NCBI GenBank assembly: GCA_963921275.4
Contig: OZ001293.3
Coordinates: forward strand, 2,144,001 to 2,208,000
Direction: 5' to 3'
Source: an uncultured Hormoscilla sp.
Lineage (GTDB): Bacteria; Cyanobacteriota; Cyanobacteriia; Cyanobacteriales; Desertifilaceae
Length of the DNA stretch: 64,000 nt
Of this stretch, positions 61,535 to 64,000 are shown in pieces. Both the position numbers and the translations under genes were made by a program. Numbering within the stretch: the stretch's first letter is position 1; each line of letters starts with the position of its first letter. The notes under the pieces are model-generated. The model was given only the letters and a program-made list of their open reading frames with translations. It did no database searches and had not been told where the DNA came from.

Positions 61535-61685
61535 GGCATAATGAGGTCCGAATCGGTCTAGCTTACAATGCCAGTTCGCGAAAGTCAAGCAGTGTCGTAG
61601 CCATTGTCTGTCACTCCCTCTAACTCCACAGGCGCGGCCTGCCGTGCCGTAGTCATAGCCTCCCAGAAGTGCGAGGATCCTTTAC

Positions 61686-63614
61686 CTCTATCCATCCTGG
61701 TGTGAGTCTGTGCGATTCGTTCTAGCCTAACGTGGTCAAACACGAAACGCTAGCCCGGTTTCATTAGCCGGGAACTCTGACCGCATGGGGGTTAAATTCC
61801 CCTCCCCCCAGGTACGGGGGTGACACCGGTCCTCGGTGCTACGAAGCGACATCATCGTGGTGCTAAGCGAGGACTCAAATGTAGGATAACTGGCAGCCTA
61901 AGCCGGTGACGCCGCTAGGAAAGATATCCAAGGTTAGAGCAGGCAAACATGTGCAAGCCTCGTTATAAGGAACCAGCGAAATAAGGCTATATGCGCTGGC
62001 CTAAAAAGGAAATGGTAGCTAGTATTAGTTTTAGACTCTGGCTAATATAGTACTCAAATAGCTCCCGGGGTATAGTGTGGACCTAAAGGTATCGCGAAAT
62101 GTTGTTAGGGAACGAAGTAACCTCTCGTGTGCTGTCCATCAGGACAAGTTAGATGTTAAGCGCAAGCCACGGGGGGAGGGATGGCCCAAGAAGCGAATGC
62201 CCGGGGTAATTCCTGGGATAACATCTACAGTAATGTAGATGATGCTGGGTAGCCAGCGCTGACGTGGGTCGGTGATACTAGGAAGCTGCTGGAATGAGTA
62301 ATCCTAAAAAGCCACGGAACTAATCCGAAACGCAAGTGGAGGATAAGGTATGGATAACTGGTAAAACTGACTTGAAAATGGTGATACTAACGGTTATCAG
62401 AACAACCACTCGCTAAACCAGGAAAGGGAAGAAAAGACAGGCGGCAAGGGCTAACGGAAGTAATTCCTATTAAGTCTACCTATGAAAAGGGCCTAGTACC
62501 CAGTAGCCGGATGCGGTGAAAATCGCAAGTCCGGTTCCTCAAGGGAGGGTCGGGAAGCGATTCCCGGCTCGACCCCATCCACCTCCGACAGCCAATTCAA
62601 CAAATCTGACTGATTGGTAATCTCAAAAATTCTATCTGTTAACTCTTCTAAATCCGACAGCGACAAACTTTCAATTTTGCTGTTGATTTCCGCTGTCATT
62701 TCACCAAATTTATTTTTGAGCAGGCGCATTGCTAAAGCGCTTGCTTCAGCAATGCGTCCTCGTTCAATCCCTTGTTCAATCCCTTGTTCAATCCCTTGTT
62801 CAATCCCTTGTTCAATCCCTTGTTCAATCCCTTGTTCAATCCCTTGTTCAATCCCTTGTTCAATCCCTCGTTTAAGTCCTTGTTCCCAGGCTTCTTCACT
62901 GGCATATTTCATCCGTCCTATCTCATCTTGCAAATAAATCGAGCGACGAATTACTTCATCTGCTTCCTCCGGTTCCATATTGGCTAGTTTGGCTATCTTT
63001 AAGGCTTTTTCGATTTCGGCAATCTCTCCCAATGTCGGCGGGATTTCTTCTAACTCATTTGCCAGCTTAATGAAGTAAATCCATTTCTCTGCTAAGGTCG
63101 TCAAGTCTTTCAACTCTTTTTTGAATCTGGGTAATTCCACAAAAAATAGCTGTAGTTCTCGCTGGGGATATTCATAATTTCCCTGGGCTTCTTTGAACAC
63201 AAAATGATGAATCACTTGCGGGTTTTGGTGGAAGAGAACAAAGTTGGTTATTGTTACCGCAATTACTGGCGATATCTTCAGGTAATCTTCTCCTGATTCC
63301 AACTGGTTGGCATAGGACTTACAGAGATTATAAGCCACCCGCTTATCGAATGCCGCTACCCGTGCTAATTGCATTTCGATCAGGACGATTTCCCCATTCT
63401 GTAGTACCGCCCTCACATCCAAGTAACTGTCCTTTAATGTCTCTACATGACCTTGGTTGTAAGGATTGACAATGGTTAAGGTAGAAATGACCTTTTCGCC
63501 ATTATAGATGATGGCATTCAGAAAACTAATCAAAATATCTTCACTTCGGTCCGAGCCAAAGATTTTTTTGAAGGCATAATCGATTGTGGGACTGATAAAT
63601 ATTTGCTTGGCCAT
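61686..63614 (-). CDS. Rpn-family PD-(D/E)xK putative nuclease with DUF4351 tail; last codons separated by antisense intron copy 4
   Basis: FISPTIDYAFKKIFG, LDVRA, IEMQ, FVELPRF; removing 871 nt gives ...WLSEVDSHQDG*. Confidence 0.8.
61710..62580 (+). mobile_element. ORF-less group II intron, copy 4 (antisense to host)
   Basis: Near-identical to copy 2 (one visible SNP near 61745); 5' exon ends GAGTCT, a perfect match to EBS1. Confidence 0.93.
62762..62868 (-). repeat. 12-bp tandem repeat encoding (EQGI)n
   Basis: GTTCAATCCCTT x ~9. Confidence 0.9.
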
Positions 63615-63804
63615 AACAAACATCTCCTTCTTTTCTAAGTTCACAATTACCTGGGTACGTTCTGGGAGCCCATGGCTGAGACTACCAGTCGCAGTAGCAT
63701 AAGACTGCCATGAGAATTATTATATCACGTCAGTCAGGGTTTGTGGTTGCGATCAAATGATTGTAGGGCATTTTTAACAGCGGCAAAAACCCCCGATCAG
63801 TCTC

Positions 63805-63887
63805 CGATGCCTCTCGGGTAGTGCTCAGATGATGTCAATAGGGTTTCGCCGTGCGTCCGGGGGACATCAAGCTCCCGAGAGGCATCG
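63805..63887. repeat. 83-bp inverted-repeat element; partial copy at 52498-52533
   Basis: 14-bp TIR CGATGCCTCTCGGG / CCCGAGAGGCATCG. Confidence 0.6.
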
Positions 63888-63960
63888 AAAGGAGTTGGCT
63901 GTCTCAACAGGCTCATAGTGGGATACCAAGGAGAATCTTGACGATGCAGCATCCAGCTCC
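63888..63960 (-). pseudogene. GT9-like fragment
   Basis: SWMLHRQDSPWYPTMSLLRQ. Confidence 0.6.
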
Positions 63961-64000
63961 TGTTAGGGAACGAAGTAACCTCTCGTGTGCTGTCCATCAG
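63961..64000 (+). mobile_element. 5'-truncated group II intron copy, runs off the window
   Basis: 40/40 match to intron-internal TGTTAGGGAACGAAGTAACCTCTCGTGTGCTGTCCATCAG; upstream sequence is not intron. Confidence 0.8.

Noticed and set aside
62762..62868. (EQGI)n repeat as a novel feature
   Set aside because: Variable-length repeats of this kind are common in Rpn-family C-termini

Overview
Chromosomal window from a cyanobacterium, probably filamentous/Oscillatoriales-like (inference from the dense HIP1 GCGATCGC octamer and cyanobacterial genes: cysC, rpmI-rplT, ycf37-like, ruvA, rpsO-PAM68-aroF, nadA, dnaX, pcrA, urtE). Housekeeping genes are interleaved with many pseudogenes, dead IS elements, nested MITEs and very short dispersed repeats. 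The main signal is a recent burst of an ORF-less group IIB-type intron. There are four near-identical 871-nt copies, one 5'-truncated copy at the window edge, and one diverged sister intron with a different EBS1 loop in pcrA. The EBS1 loops match the insertion sites. Three of the four copies lie antisense to their host gene. Host reading frames are restored only if the intron ends 2 nt past the apparent AY terminus. Other notable items are a 24-nt element that inserts at CGATC(G) cores, a giant DUF4347-LRR-cadherin surface protein whose LRRs vary only at exposed codons, a mini-TnpB element, a decayed bluB and a TerY-P triad whose kinase carries a WD40 domain. All calls are by eye from sequence and motif recognition. 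No database searches or folding programs were run.
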